Source: Clostridia bacterium (GTDB lineage: Bacteria; Bacillota; Clostridia; Oscillospirales; Acutalibacteraceae). Taken from it: a stretch of 64,000 nt of DNA. The notes beneath the pieces were generated by a model. That model was not told the DNA's origin. It worked only from the letters and a program-made list of their open reading frames with translations, and did not search any database. Below are positions 53,042-63,562 of the stretch, in pieces. A program made the position numbers and the translations under genes. Each line of letters starts with the position of its first letter. Position 1 is the stretch's first letter. Where the stretch lies: the NCBI GenBank assembly GCA_017399175.1, contig JAFQEE010000043.1:6021-70020 (forward strand), in the 5' to 3' direction.

Positions 53042-54412
53042 ATGGCATTTGAAGGTTTATCCGACAGACTTGAAGCCGCTTTTCAAAGATTGAAAAGCAA
53101 GGGCAGTCTTAATGAAAAAGATGTCAAAGAAGCAATGCGTGAGGTTCGTCTTGCATTGTTGGAAGCTGACGTTAACTATAAGGTGGCTAAGGACTTTACA
53201 GTAAAAGTAACCGAGCGTGCAATCGGTGCTCAGGTTATGGAAAGTCTTACACCTGCACAGATGGTTATTAAAATCGTTAATGAAGAACTCACAGAGCTTA
53301 TGGGTGGAACTCAGACACGACTTGCTTATGCCAGTCATCCGCCTACAATCATTATGATGTGTGGTCTTCAGGGTTCAGGTAAAACAACTCATTGTGCAAA
53401 AATTGCCAGAAAACTTAAAAATGAAAATCACAGACCTTTGCTTGTAGCTTGTGACATTTATCGTCCTGCTGCTATCAAGCAGTTGCAGGTTGTTGGTGAA
53501 CAGGTTGGTGTTCCTGTGTTTGAAATGGGACAGACAAATCCTGTTACAATCGCGAAAGAGGCAATCAAACTTGCAAAAGACAAGGGTTATGACTATGTTT
53601 TTATCGATACTGCAGGTCGTTTGCATATCGATACAGAACTTATGAACGAACTCAAGGATATCAAGAGTGAAGTTCGTCCACACGAAATTCTTCTTGTAAT
53701 CGACGCTATGCTCGGCCAGGACGCTGTTACTGTTGCAAGCACATTCAATGACGAACTTGGCATTGATGGTCTTGTTCTTACAAAAATGGACGGTGACACT
53801 CGTGGCGGTGCTGCTCTTTCAGCGCGTGCTGTTACCGGTAAACCGATTAAATTTGTCGGTATGGGTGAAAAACTCGACGAACTCGATTATTTCTATCCCG
53901 ACCGTATGGCAAACCGAATTCTCGGTATGGGTGATGTCCTTTCTCTTATTGAAAAAGCTGAAATTGCTCTTGATGAGAAAAAGGCAGCAAAGCTTGAGGA
54001 AAATCTTCGTAAAAACAAGTTTGACCTTGAGGATTTGCTTGACCAGTTTGAACAGATTAACAGAATGGGCAGTATGAAAGATATTCTTTCTATGCTTCCA
54101 GGTGTTAATAAAAAGATTAAGGATGTTGATGTTGACGAGCGTCAGCTTGACAGAATGAAAGCAATTATTCTTTCAATGACACCAAAAGAAAGAAGAAATC
54201 CTGACATTATTAATCCGTCACGCAAACGCAGAATTGCAGCAGGTTGCGGTATGCAGGTTGAAGATGTAAACAGACTTCTTAATCAGCACCGTCAGATGCA
54301 AAAGATGTTCAAGCAGATGAATTCAGGTAAAATGAAGCGTCAGTTAAAGCGTATGGGCTTTGGTAATGGCGGTATGAATGGTATGGGTGGCATGGGCGGC
54401 TTCCCGATGTAA
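53042..54412 (+). CDS. ffh: Signal recognition particle protein Ffh
   Basis: GLQGSGKTT, DTAGR and TKMDGD GTPase motifs. Met-rich C-terminal M domain. Confidence 0.97.
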   Translation: MAFEGLSDRLEAAFQRLKSKGSLNEKDVKEAMREVRLALLEADVNYKVAKDFTVKVTERAIGAQVMESLTPAQMVIKIVNEELTELMGGTQTRLAYASHPPTIIMMCGLQGSGKTTHCAKIARKLKNENHRPLLVACDIYRPAAIKQLQVVGEQVGVPVFEMGQTNPVTIAKEAIKLAKDKGYDYVFIDTAGRLHIDTELMNELKDIKSEVRPHEILLVIDAMLGQDAVTVASTFNDELGIDGLVLTKMDGDTRGGAALSARAVTGKPIKFVGMGEKLDELDYFYPDRMANRILGMGDVLSLIEKAEIALDEKKAAKLEENLRKNKFDLEDLLDQFEQINRMGSMKDILSMLPGVNKKIKDVDVDERQLDRMKAIILSMTPKERRNPDIINPSRKRRIAAGCGMQVEDVNRLLNQHRQMQKMFKQMNSGKMKRQLKRMGFGNGGMNGMGGMGGFPM

Positions 54413-54471
54413 TGTATATAACACTAAAGTGTTTATAAAATAAAAATTTATATATTTTGGAGGAAACAAAA

Positions 54472-54717
54472 ATGGCAGTAAAAATCAGACTTCGCAGAAT
54501 GGGTGCTAAGAGAGCTCCTTTCTACAGAGTAGTAGTTGCAGATTCTCGTTATCCAAGAGACGGCAGATTCATCGATGAAATTGGTACTTATAACCCAATG
54601 ACAGACCCTGCTGAAATCAAGATTGACAACGAAAAAGCAGCTCAGTGGATTAAGAATGGTGCACAGCCAACTGACACAGTTAAGGTTATTCTTAAAAAGA
54701 GCGGCGCTATTAAATAA
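54472..54717 (+). CDS. rpsP: 30S ribosomal protein S16
   Basis: [26 protein letters not shown]. Confidence 0.97.
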   Translation: MAVKIRLRRMGAKRAPFYRVVVADSRYPRDGRFIDEIGTYNPMTDPAEIKIDNEKAAQWIKNGAQPTDTVKVILKKSGAIK

Positions 54718-54734
54718 GAAAGGTATTTGAAAAA

Positions 54735-54968
54735 ATGCAGGAACTTCTTATTACAATAGTTAAAGGTCTTGTTGAAAATCCTGATGCTGTTACTGTTACT
54801 GTTGACGAGCCTGACGACCGTGGTGTTGTTGTATATCATCTTCACGTTGCTGAGGACGATATGGGCAGAGTTATCGGTAAACAGGGTAGAATTGCAAAAG
54901 CAATCAGAACAGTTGTTAAAGCCGGTGCAACTCGCACAGGTGAAAAAGTTCAGGTCGATATTGACTGA
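54735..54968 (+). CDS. KH domain RNA-binding protein (YlqC/UPF0109)
   Basis: VAEDDMGRVIGKQGRIAKAIRTV is a GxxG KH motif. Position between rpsP and rimM. Confidence 0.9.
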   Translation: MQELLITIVKGLVENPDAVTVTVDEPDDRGVVVYHLHVAEDDMGRVIGKQGRIAKAIRTVVKAGATRTGEKVQVDID

Positions 54969-55029
54969 TTTACAAGGGCAGACAGCTTTTAGTCTGCCCT
55001 ATTGTAAATTTATTAAAAAAGGATACGCT

Positions 55030-55545
55030 ATGATTAAAGAATATCTTGAATTAGGACAAATTGTATCAACTCACGGAATAAAGGGTGAAATGCGATTTGA
55101 TCCTTGGTGTGATACACCTGAATTTGTGAAAAAATTTAAAACCTTATATTTTGATAATAAAGGCGAAAAAGAAATAAAAGTCATCTCTGCACGTCCTCAC
55201 GGCAATGTTGCCATATTAATGCTTGACGGTATTGATGATATTGATAAAGCACGTTCATTAAAAAATAAAGTGCTTTATATGAAACGCAGTGACGCTCGTC
55301 TTCCTAAAGGAACCTGGTTTATTCAGGAACTTTTTGACTGTACTGTTATTGATGACAATACAAACGAGGTTTTGGGAACAATATGTGATGTGAGTGAAAC
55401 AGGTGCCAACGATGTGTGGCATATTAAAACTCCGAAAGGTGAAGTGCTTATTCCTGCAATCAAACAGGTAATTGTTTCGGTTGATGTGGAAGAAGGTATT
55501 ATAAGAATTAATCCTATAAAAGGGCTATTTGAAGATGAAAATTAA
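55030..55545 (+). CDS. rimM: Ribosome maturation factor RimM
   Basis: LELGQIVSTHGIKGEMRF N-terminus and a PRC-barrel C-terminus. The upstream part of the 258-aa ORF overlaps the KH gene and was rejected. Confidence 0.9.
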   Translation: MIKEYLELGQIVSTHGIKGEMRFDPWCDTPEFVKKFKTLYFDNKGEKEIKVISARPHGNVAILMLDGIDDIDKARSLKNKVLYMKRSDARLPKGTWFIQELFDCTVIDDNTNEVLGTICDVSETGANDVWHIKTPKGEVLIPAIKQVIVSVDVEEGIIRINPIKGLFEDEN

Positions 55546-56263
55546 CATTATGACTCTTTTTCCCGAAATGTGTGAGTCTGTGCTTTCTGAAAGTATTATC
55601 GGACGCGCAAGGGAAAAGGGATATGTTGAAATAAATTGTGTTAATATAAGAGATTATACTCAGGATAAACACCGCCGTGTTGACGATGCTCCGTACGGTG
55701 GCGGAATGGGTATGCTTATGCAGACACAACCTATTGCAGATTGTTATAAAGCAATTTGTGAAAAAAGTGAAAACAAAAATCATCTTATTTATATGTCGCC
55801 TTGTGGAAAGGTGCTTACTCAGGATAAGGTAAAGGAATTGGCTAAAATGCCTGAAATTACAATTCTCTGCGGTCATTATGAGGGTGTTGACCAACGGGTA
55901 ATTGATACGCTGGTTGATGAACAGATTTCAATCGGGGACTATGTGCTGACAGGTGGCGAGTTGCCCGCAATGGTGCTTGCTGACTCAATTTCAAGAATGC
56001 TTGAGGGAGTACTCCCTAATGACGAAGCAAAGGAGCTTGAAAGTCATTACAACGGACTTTTGGAATATCCGCAATACACACGACCTTATGAGTGGAACGG
56101 GTTAAAGGTTCCTGATGTATTGATGTCCGGTCATCACGGTAATGTTGATAAATGGCGTCGTGAACAGTCATTATTAATGACTGCAAAATATCGACCTGAT
56201 ATGTTAGAAAAAGCAGAACTTACAAAAGCGGATAGGGAATTTTTAAAGAAACAGGATTTATAG
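55535..56263 (+). CDS. trmD: tRNA (guanine37-N1)-methyltransferase
   Basis: INIMTLFPEM, YGGGMGM and LCGHYEGVDQRV motifs. Confidence 0.95.
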   Translation: MKINIMTLFPEMCESVLSESIIGRAREKGYVEINCVNIRDYTQDKHRRVDDAPYGGGMGMLMQTQPIADCYKAICEKSENKNHLIYMSPCGKVLTQDKVKELAKMPEITILCGHYEGVDQRVIDTLVDEQISIGDYVLTGGELPAMVLADSISRMLEGVLPNDEAKELESHYNGLLEYPQYTRPYEWNGLKVPDVLMSGHHGNVDKWRREQSLLMTAKYRPDMLEKAELTKADREFLKKQDL

Positions 56264-56284
56264 TGTGCGGCAAGGGTAAGAGAA

Positions 56285-57298
56285 ATGGATATCAAAGTAA
56301 TAACAAAATCAGATTTAATTAAATATATCGCATTGGCATTGGCAATGATTTTGTTGATTTCTACAGTTGTCCTCGGTGTAAAAAATAACAATAAAAACGA
56401 GGAGATTGAAAAACTCAACAGTCAGTTGGCATCAGGTGAACAACTTTTAAGTGAAAAGCAGTCTGAAAAAGATGCTCTGGAAGAAGAAAAAAACAATCTT
56501 GATAAGTCTTATAAGGACAAGCTGAATAATCAGAAGGATGAAAACGAAAGTATAATTGACGAACTCAATAAAAAGATTGATGAGCTGAATAAAAAGTTAT
56601 CATCAAAAAAATCGTCCAAGGAAACTACCACAAAAAAGCCTACTAAGGAACCAACTATGCCAACACCGGTTTCATCAATAGGTAAAACAGTTTATCTCAC
56701 ATTCGATGACGGGCCGTCACAATATACTCCCGAAATCCTTGACATCTTAGATAAATATGGTGTCAAGGCAACTTTTTTTGTGGTGAACGGCAAATATAAT
56801 CATGTAATGAAGGATATTGTCGACCGTGGTCATCAGATTGGACTTCATTGTTACAAACATGTGTATTCTGAAGTGTATGCTTCCGACGAAGCTTATTTCA
56901 AAGATTTAAAAAAAATTTCAGATGTTGTAAAAAAACAAACAGGTGTTGAAACCAAAATTATCCGTTTTCCTGGTGGTGGAAGCAACACAATCAGTAAAAA
57001 GTATTCAAAAGGCATAATGACTCGTCTTACTAAGTCGGTTGTTGAAAAGGGATACAGTTACTTTGACTGGAATTGCAGTAACGGTGATGCTGACGGTGCA
57101 AACACAGTTGTAAAGCAAGTAATAAATTGCAGTCAATTCCCTCGCGGTGAAAAGAAAATAGTTGTACTTATGCACGATAATAAGGAAATCACAATGAAAT
57201 CTTTACCAAAGATTATTGAATACTATAAGGCTTGCGGAATGGAATTCGGTGTTCTTACAGAGTCAACTGAATTCACAAATCACCGCGTTTTCAACTAA
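56285..57298 (+). CDS. Membrane-anchored polysaccharide deacetylase (NodB homology domain)
   Basis: TM segment, coiled coil and Lys/Thr-rich linker. Then TFDDGPS, HCYKH and RFPGG NodB motifs. Confidence 0.88.
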   Translation: MDIKVITKSDLIKYIALALAMILLISTVVLGVKNNNKNEEIEKLNSQLASGEQLLSEKQSEKDALEEEKNNLDKSYKDKLNNQKDENESIIDELNKKIDELNKKLSSKKSSKETTTKKPTKEPTMPTPVSSIGKTVYLTFDDGPSQYTPEILDILDKYGVKATFFVVNGKYNHVMKDIVDRGHQIGLHCYKHVYSEVYASDEAYFKDLKKISDVVKKQTGVETKIIRFPGGGSNTISKKYSKGIMTRLTKSVVEKGYSYFDWNCSNGDADGANTVVKQVINCSQFPRGEKKIVVLMHDNKEITMKSLPKIIEYYKACGMEFGVLTESTEFTNHRVFN

Positions 57299-57427
57299 TA
57301 ATATTGATAATAGACAAAAATCCTTTAAGAATATAGGAAAAATGCACAAACTTAAATCTTATAAAAAAGGTGTTTTTGTTTTTATAACTGAATTATCGTT
57401 TTTAGGCGAAAACTACGGCTTTTTTCG

Positions 57428-57455
57428 TTGACGAGTCGAAGTTTTGTGGTATAAT
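57428..57455 (+). promoter_or_regulatory. Promoter candidate for ptsH (TTGACG-16-TGgTATAAT)
   Basis: -35 at 57428-57433. Extended -10 at 57447-57455. Confidence 0.55.
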
Positions 57456-57515
57456 ATATTAGTAATAAACGTATTTAATTATGTTATTTATATTTTTCAT
57501 TTGGGAGAATGAGTT

Positions 57516-57779
57516 ATGTATACTAAAGATGTAGAAGTTAAAAATCAAGTTGGTTTGCACGCTCGTCCTGCAACATTCTTTATCCAGAAGGCTAATGAAT
57601 TCAAATCATCAATCTGGGTTGAAAAGGAAGACAGAAGAGTAAATGCAAAGAGCCTTCTCGGTGTCCTTTCATTGGGCATTATGGGTGGCACAACAATCCG
57701 TATTCACGCAGGTGGTCCTGACGAGGAACAGGCTGTTGAGGAGCTTGTTAAACTTGTTGAATCAGGCTTTGCTGAATAA
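57516..57779 (+). CDS. ptsH: Phosphocarrier protein HPr
   Basis: GLHARPA (His15) and NAKSLLGVLSLG (Ser46) motifs. Confidence 0.95.
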   Translation: MYTKDVEVKNQVGLHARPATFFIQKANEFKSSIWVEKEDRRVNAKSLLGVLSLGIMGGTTIRIHAGGPDEEQAVEELVKLVESGFAE

Positions 57780-57792
57780 GAAAACGAAATTT

Positions 57793-57833
57793 AGCACACT
57801 TGAAGGATGCTTTGAGTGTGCTTTATTTTTTTA
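57793..57833 (+). terminator. Intrinsic terminator after ptsH
   Basis: AGCACACT...AGTGTGCT stem, followed by TTATTTTTTT. Confidence 0.7.
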
Positions 57834-57860
57834 TAATGATGTGATATAATATTCGTATTA

Positions 57861-57919
57861 GGCTCCACCCTTGAGGGGGAGCTGTCAAATGTGTAACATT
57901 TGACTGAGGGGGGTCTCCC
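57861..57919. repeat. Inverted partial copy of the GGGAG-hairpin repeat seen at 19990-20058
   Basis: The reverse complement reads CCTCAGTC-[hairpin]-GACAGCTCCCCCTCAAGGGTGGAGCC. The 20020-20058 copy reads CCTCAGTC-[hairpin]-GACAGCTCCCTCGTCAGAGGGAGCC. Confidence 0.75.
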
Positions 57920-57948
57920 ATCAAAAACTTTGAAAGGAGTGAATTCTT

Positions 57949-59784
57949 GTGAACGAAAAACTGCATATTCTCCGTGAAAAAGCGATGAAATTACCGCTTA
58001 CTCCCGGTGTTTATATTATGAAAAACAAACAAGGTAAAATCATTTATATCGGCAAGGCAAAAAAACTTAAAAACCGTGTAAGTCAGTATTTCGGTTCACA
58101 GAATAAACATCCTGTCAAAGTCCGCAAAATGGTTGAGAATGTAGAGGATTTTGATTACATTCTTACCGACTCCGAGTTCGAGGCTTTGGTGCTTGAAGCA
58201 AGTCTTATCAAGCAGAATCAACCAAAATACAACATTTTGCTGAAAGACGATAAGGGTTACAGTTATATAAAAATCACAAACGAGCCTTATCGTAAAATTT
58301 CAGCAGTTTTACAAAAAGACGATGAAAATGCAGAATATATCGGACCGTTTACCAGCTCATATTCAGTTAAACAATCTGTTGATGAGGCAAACAAAATTTT
58401 CAGGTTGCCACAATGCAATAAATCTTTTCGGAGAGATTTCAAAAAAGGCAGACCTTGTCTTAATTTCCATATAAACCGTTGTATGGGCGTCTGCACAGGT
58501 AAAATCCCAAAATCAGAATATGACGAAGCAGTAAACGATGCTCTTGATTTTCTTAATGGTGACATAACAAAAATCATAAAAGATTTAAAAGAAAAAATGA
58601 ACACTTGTGCCGAAAATCTTGAGTTTGAAAAGGCAGGCAAATATCGCGACAGAATCCGTGCTATTGAAAATATGCAATCAAAACAGAAAGTCGTCACTGA
58701 AACAGGAGATTCAAAGGATGTTTTTGCACTTGCAGAAAATGAGCAGGACATCTGCATAACTGTACTTCGTTATGATAAAGGCAGATTGTGTGACAGCGAA
58801 TACTTTTTCTTTGATTCAGAAAAAATGGTCGCAAATGTAAGATGTAATTTTCTTATTCAGTATTACGGAATGAATCGCACCGTACCGCAAAAGGTTTATG
58901 TGGACGAGATGTTTGACGATATGGAGTTGCTTCAGCAACACCTCACAAATGTCCGTGGTAAAAAATGTCTTGTAACAGTCCCACAAAGAGGTGAGGGACT
59001 TAAACTTGTCAATATGTGTCGTGAAAATGCCTATGAAAAGCTTGCACAGAAAAAGGGCAGACAATCGGTCGAAATTAAATCATTGGAAGAACTTAAAAAT
59101 CTTTTAGGACTTTCAAAAACACCTGAATACATTGAGTCCTATGACATTTCTCATACAGGTGGCGAGGACAATGTGGCAGGTATGATTGTTTTCAAAAACG
59201 GAAAACCCCTCAAACGCGCATACCGTACTTTTAATATCAAGTCTTTTACAGGTCAGGATGACTATGGCTCAATGCGTGAAGTCTTGTCCCGTCGATTTGA
59301 CGAGTATTTTAAGTATAAGGACGATAATGCAACAGACGGCTTTGGCAAACTTCCCGATTTGATTTTGCTTGACGGTGGCAAAGGACAAGTTAATGCTGTC
59401 AAAGAGGTTATGACAGAAAAAAATCTCAATATACCGCTTTTCGGTATGGTGAAGGACTCAAAACACAAAACAAGAGCCATAACAGGTGATGGTGGCGAAA
59501 TTGCAATAAATTCAATGCGAAGTGCCTTTACTTTGGTGTCGGAAATTCAGGAAGAGGTTCACCGTTTTTCAGTTGGTTTTCATCATAAAAAACACACTAA
59601 AAAAGGCCTTGAACTGTCACTTACCAAAATTGACGGAATTGGCGAGAAAAAGGCAAAAGAACTTCTTAAAACCTTTAAAACTATTAAAAATATAAAAAGT
59701 GCATCTGTTGATGAACTTGAGAAAGTAAAAGGAATTAACAGGCAACTTGCAGAAAAAATACACGAATTTTACAGTGAGGAATAA
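57949..59784 (+). CDS. uvrC: Excinuclease ABC subunit C
   Basis: GIY-YIG N-terminus (PGVYIMKNKQGKIIYIGKAKKLKNRV), UVR domain and C-terminal (HhH)2. Confidence 0.96.
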   Translation: MNEKLHILREKAMKLPLTPGVYIMKNKQGKIIYIGKAKKLKNRVSQYFGSQNKHPVKVRKMVENVEDFDYILTDSEFEALVLEASLIKQNQPKYNILLKDDKGYSYIKITNEPYRKISAVLQKDDENAEYIGPFTSSYSVKQSVDEANKIFRLPQCNKSFRRDFKKGRPCLNFHINRCMGVCTGKIPKSEYDEAVNDALDFLNGDITKIIKDLKEKMNTCAENLEFEKAGKYRDRIRAIENMQSKQKVVTETGDSKDVFALAENEQDICITVLRYDKGRLCDSEYFFFDSEKMVANVRCNFLIQYYGMNRTVPQKVYVDEMFDDMELLQQHLTNVRGKKCLVTVPQRGEGLKLVNMCRENAYEKLAQKKGRQSVEIKSLEELKNLLGLSKTPEYIESYDISHTGGEDNVAGMIVFKNGKPLKRAYRTFNIKSFTGQDDYGSMREVLSRRFDEYFKYKDDNATDGFGKLPDLILLDGGKGQVNAVKEVMTEKNLNIPLFGMVKDSKHKTRAITGDGGEIAINSMRSAFTLVSEIQEEVHRFSVGFHHKKHTKKGLELSLTKIDGIGEKKAKELLKTFKTIKNIKSASVDELEKVKGINRQLAEKIHEFYSEE

Positions 59785-59786
59785 AG

Positions 59787-60449
59787 ATGATTGATACAAT
59801 AATTTTCGATTTAGACGGAACACTTTTAAACACTCTTGAGGACCTTATGGATAGTGTTAATTTCGCACTCAGCCGACAAGGTTTTCCATTAAGAACTTTG
59901 AGTGAAATCCGTTCTTTTGTAGGTAACGGAATAAAAGTTCTTATGGAAAGAGCAGTTCCCGAAGATGTTGTTGGAACAGATACTTTTGATGTTTGTTTCA
60001 AGGATTTCAATGACTATTATAAAGTTCATATGGAGGATAAAACTGCACCGTATGAAGGCATAAATGAGATGCTTACAAACATCAAAAAAGCAGGCTTTAA
60101 AACGACTATCGTCACAAATAAAATTGATTACGCTGCACAGGATTTGTGTAAGAGAATGTTCGGTGAAAATATTGATTTGGTTGTTGGCAGTACAGATGAC
60201 AGACCTAATAAGCCTGCACCTGACGGAGTTTTCTATGCACTTGAAAAGCTTGACAGTAAGCCTGAAAATGCAATTTTTGTGGGTGATGCTGATACTGATA
60301 TCCTTACAGCAAAGAATGCAAATTTACCATCTATCGGTGTTTTATGGGGATTCCGTGACCGTGAGGTAATTGAAAATGAAGGTGCAGAATATATCGTAGA
60401 AACAGTAAACGAACTTGAAAAATTACTTATTTGTTTAAAAAACGGTTGA
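59787..60449 (+). CDS. HAD-IA family hydrolase (phosphoglycolate-phosphatase-like)
   Basis: IIFDLDGTLLNT motif I, VTNK motif II, VGDADTDI motif IV. Confidence 0.88.
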   Translation: MIDTIIFDLDGTLLNTLEDLMDSVNFALSRQGFPLRTLSEIRSFVGNGIKVLMERAVPEDVVGTDTFDVCFKDFNDYYKVHMEDKTAPYEGINEMLTNIKKAGFKTTIVTNKIDYAAQDLCKRMFGENIDLVVGSTDDRPNKPAPDGVFYALEKLDSKPENAIFVGDADTDILTAKNANLPSIGVLWGFRDREVIENEGAEYIVETVNELEKLLICLKNG

Positions 60450-60536
60450 TTTTTCCATAATATTATTAAAATAATTTGACAAATACATGTAAAAATGCGA
60501 TAATATCAATATGTATTTACACAACGGAGCGAATTT

Positions 60537-61076
60537 ATGAGAGTAATTACCGGTGAAGCAAGAGGCAGAAAACTTATTACCCTTGAGGGTGACGATGTTC
60601 GTCCTACTACTGATAGGGTAAAGGAAAGTCTTTTTAATATTATTCAGTTTGATGTTGAGGGTGCATCTGTTCTTGATTTGTTTGCGGGTTCAGGACAGTT
60701 GGGTATTGAAGCATTAAGCCGTGGTGCTAAGCATTGTACATTTGTTGATGCATCAAATCGTTCTATTGATGTTGTAAAACAAAATCTTAAAACTGTGGGT
60801 TTTGAAAAGCGTGCAAGTGTTTTCTGCGGTGACGGAAAAATGTATGTAAACTTAAGTAAGGATGTTTTCGATATTGCACTTCTTGACCCACCATACAACA
60901 AGAAAATTCTTGATGATGTTTTGCCTTTTGTGGCTGAAAAAATGGCTGATTACGGTGTGATTCTCTGTGAAAGTGAGTTGCGTGAGGAGTTACCTGATTC
61001 AGCAGGTGATTTTTCAAAGGACCGTGAATATAAGTATGGTAAAATAAAAATTACCACATACAGAAAGAATAAGTGA
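60537..61076 (+). CDS. rsmD: 16S rRNA (guanine966-N2)-methyltransferase
   Basis: MRVITGEARGRKL, LDLFAGSGQLGIEALSRGA and DPPY motifs. Confidence 0.93.
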   Translation: MRVITGEARGRKLITLEGDDVRPTTDRVKESLFNIIQFDVEGASVLDLFAGSGQLGIEALSRGAKHCTFVDASNRSIDVVKQNLKTVGFEKRASVFCGDGKMYVNLSKDVFDIALLDPPYNKKILDDVLPFVAEKMADYGVILCESELREELPDSAGDFSKDREYKYGKIKITTYRKNK

Positions 61077-61576
61077 AAACAATGAAAACAGTAATTTGTC
61101 CGGGTAGTTTTGACCCGGTAACTAACGGACATCTTGACATAATACGCAGAAGCTCAAAACTTTTTGATAAGGTTGTCGTTGTTGTTATGAAGAATCCTTC
61201 AAAAACAAATTTCTGCTTTTCTTATGAGGAAAGAGCAGAGCTTATCAAAAGATGTACAAAGGATTTCCCTAATGTTGAGGTGGATATTTACGAAGGACTT
61301 TTGGCTGAATATGCAAGGCAGAAGGGTGCCGTTGCAGTTGTAAAGGGACTTCGTGCTGTGTCTGACTTTGAATATGAATTTCAGCAGGCACAGATGAATA
61401 AAAAACTCAACAATGAACTGGAAACAATATTTATCAACACTCGTGTTGAAAATCTTTATCTCAGTTCAAGCGCAGTAAAGCAAATTTGCGAATTAGGTGG
61501 GGATATAAGTGACTTTGTTCCCGAAATAATTTGTGAAGATATAGTTGAAAGAATTAAAAGAGGTGTAAGCAAATGA
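61073..61576 (+). CDS. coaD: Phosphopantetheine adenylyltransferase
   Basis: CPGSFDPVTNGHLDII motif. The start is GTG 61073 or ATG 61082. Confidence 0.95.
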   Translation: MKTMKTVICPGSFDPVTNGHLDIIRRSSKLFDKVVVVVMKNPSKTNFCFSYEERAELIKRCTKDFPNVEVDIYEGLLAEYARQKGAVAVVKGLRAVSDFEYEFQQAQMNKKLNNELETIFINTRVENLYLSSSAVKQICELGGDISDFVPEIICEDIVERIKRGVSK

Positions 61577-62106
61577 CAGTAGAAAACTTACTTGACGAGA
61601 TTGAGTCTATACTTGAGGAAGGAAAAACAGTTCCATTTACATCAAATCTTTTGGTTGATGCACAGGCAATTAAGACAGCAATCGAGGATATAAGACTCAA
61701 TATGCCGGAAGAACTTATGCAGGCAAGAAAAATCGCATCAGAAAGAAAAGAAATTCTTACAGGAGCACAGGATAATGCTGACAAGATTATCGAACAGGCA
61801 CATGTAAGAGCAAAGGAAATCATTTCTGAAGACGAAATTACAAGAGGTGCTGAGGTTCAGGCTGAAGAAATCATTCAACAGGCAAGACAGACTGCAAACG
61901 AAATCATTGAACAGGCTCGTGCTTCTGCAACTGAACTTACAGAACAGGCAAGAAACTGGTCAAGAGAAATGCGTCAGAGTGCAAGTGAATATGTTGAAAG
62001 CATTGTTGCTGTTGCTGACGAAACTCTTACAAATTCAGTTAACGAAATCCGTCGTGCGCGTCAGCATCTTAAATCTGCATCACAGACAAAACGAGTTGAC
62101 GAATAA
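61573..62106 (+). CDS. Coiled-coil protein with internal (A/E)EEIIxQAR repeats (ATP-synthase-b/G-like), function unknown
   Basis: 177-aa ORF translationally coupled to coaD. Repeated KIIEQAHVRAKEII / EEIIQQARQTANEIIEQARASA. Confidence 0.7.
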   Translation: MTVENLLDEIESILEEGKTVPFTSNLLVDAQAIKTAIEDIRLNMPEELMQARKIASERKEILTGAQDNADKIIEQAHVRAKEIISEDEITRGAEVQAEEIIQQARQTANEIIEQARASATELTEQARNWSREMRQSASEYVESIVAVADETLTNSVNEIRRARQHLKSASQTKRVDE

Positions 62107-62180
62107 TATCGTAATAATATCATAACAATAGCACCTCGCCGCATATTTATTTATATAAAATGTGTTCGAGGTGTTTATTT

Positions 62181-62648
62181 ATGTTCGTTTATTCTGTTAA
62201 ATCAAAACAGATAAAATTCATATTGTTAGTACTCTTTGTTATAATGACAATTATTTCTCTTTTCATTTTGTCAAATGAAAGCAAGCAAACGGGTAATATT
62301 AACAGCGTAAGTTATTCTGCAGAAACCCATAAACAACGAATGGAATTTCTTTCCCAATTCGGATGGGATGTTGTTGAAGACCCGATTGAAATAAAAGAAG
62401 TTATAATTCCAGAGGAGCCTGACGATACATATAACGCATATAACGAAATTCAGAAAGCTCAAGGCTTTGACCTTAATAATTTTTCAGGTGAGCGTGCAAA
62501 ATGCTGGACATATATTGTGAAAAATTATGATGGATACGAAAATCAGGAATGCATACACGCAAATATTCTTGTTTATGACGGAAAGGTAATCGGCGGAGAT
62601 ATTTGCTCGGTACAGCTTGACGGATTTATGCACGGATTTAAAGGATAG
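62181..62648 (+). CDS. DUF4830 domain protein (N-terminal TM anchor)
   Basis: RMEFLSQFGWDV...IPEEPDDTYNAYNEIQKAQGFDL pattern. ATG 62181 lies behind GAGGTG. Confidence 0.7.
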   Translation: MFVYSVKSKQIKFILLVLFVIMTIISLFILSNESKQTGNINSVSYSAETHKQRMEFLSQFGWDVVEDPIEIKEVIIPEEPDDTYNAYNEIQKAQGFDLNNFSGERAKCWTYIVKNYDGYENQECIHANILVYDGKVIGGDICSVQLDGFMHGFKG

Positions 62649-62652
62649 AAAA

Positions 62653-63363
62653 ATGGAACGACTTGATAAAATACTTGCTTCACAAGGGACATTATCCCGA
62701 AAAGAAGTAAAAGAAATGATAAGAAAAGGAAGAATACAGCTTAACGGAACGGTAATAAAGGACAGTTCCGTTAAAGTTGATGAAAATAAAGATAGTGTGA
62801 CCGTTGACGGAACAGAAATTACCCTTAAAAGGCATATTTATATTATGCTTAATAAACCACAGGGAGTAGTTTCTGCAAGCGACAGTGACAAGGACGAAAC
62901 AGTTGTTGATTTAGTCCCTGATGAGTTATATCGAAAAGGACTTTTTCCTGCAGGCCGACTTGATAAGGACACAACAGGCTTTGTTCTTATAACCGACGAC
63001 GGTGACTTTGCACACAGAATTTTATCCCCTAAAAATCATATTTTTAAAACATATATTGCAGGTCTTCAGCACGAGCTTTCTGACGACGATATAAAATCTC
63101 TTGAAAACGGAATTACCCTTGGTGACGGAACGGTGCTTAAGGAGGCAAAGGTCCAGGTCATAGAAGGGGACAAGCCGTATGTCCGAATTATGATTTGCGA
63201 GGGCAAATATCATCAGGTAAAAAGAATGTTTGCAGCGACAGGTAATAAGGTTGTTTCATTACATCGTGTGAGAATGGGCAAATTAGAACTTGATAACACT
63301 CTTAAACCGGGTGAATGTCGTGAAATTACACCCGAGGAACTTAAATTAGTCACAGAAAAATAA
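62653..63363 (+). CDS. rsuA: Pseudouridine synthase, RsuA/RluB family (S4 domain)
   Basis: MERLDKILASQGTLSRKEVKEMI S4 domain and the GRLDKDTTGFVL catalytic Asp motif. Confidence 0.9.
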   Translation: MERLDKILASQGTLSRKEVKEMIRKGRIQLNGTVIKDSSVKVDENKDSVTVDGTEITLKRHIYIMLNKPQGVVSASDSDKDETVVDLVPDELYRKGLFPAGRLDKDTTGFVLITDDGDFAHRILSPKNHIFKTYIAGLQHELSDDDIKSLENGITLGDGTVLKEAKVQVIEGDKPYVRIMICEGKYHQVKRMFAATGNKVVSLHRVRMGKLELDNTLKPGECREITPEELKLVTEK

Positions 63364-63562
63364 AGTGTTTGGTCATTTTGAACAAAGAAAACGATAGATA
63401 AAAACCAACTAAAATGCGTGATATATACAAAAAATGCGAAAATTTTTGTGTATTTTGTTTGAAAAAGTTGAGAAATATCAAAAAATCACTTGCAAAAATG
63501 AATTTTATTGTGTAAAATACATAGTAATCCAATCGTGATTTTGTATAAAAGGTGGTATTGCG

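Noticed and set aside
54769-55029. Upstream 87 codons of the 258-aa ORF containing rimM
   Set aside because: This part overlaps the KH-domain gene in another frame. RimM begins at MIKEYLELGQ (55030).
57299-57427. Possible hairpin CGTTTT...AAAAC upstream of the ptsH promoter
   Set aside because: The stem is only 5 bp and weak, with no supporting features.
58287-58757. 156-aa minus-strand ORF
   Set aside because: It is antisense to uvrC.
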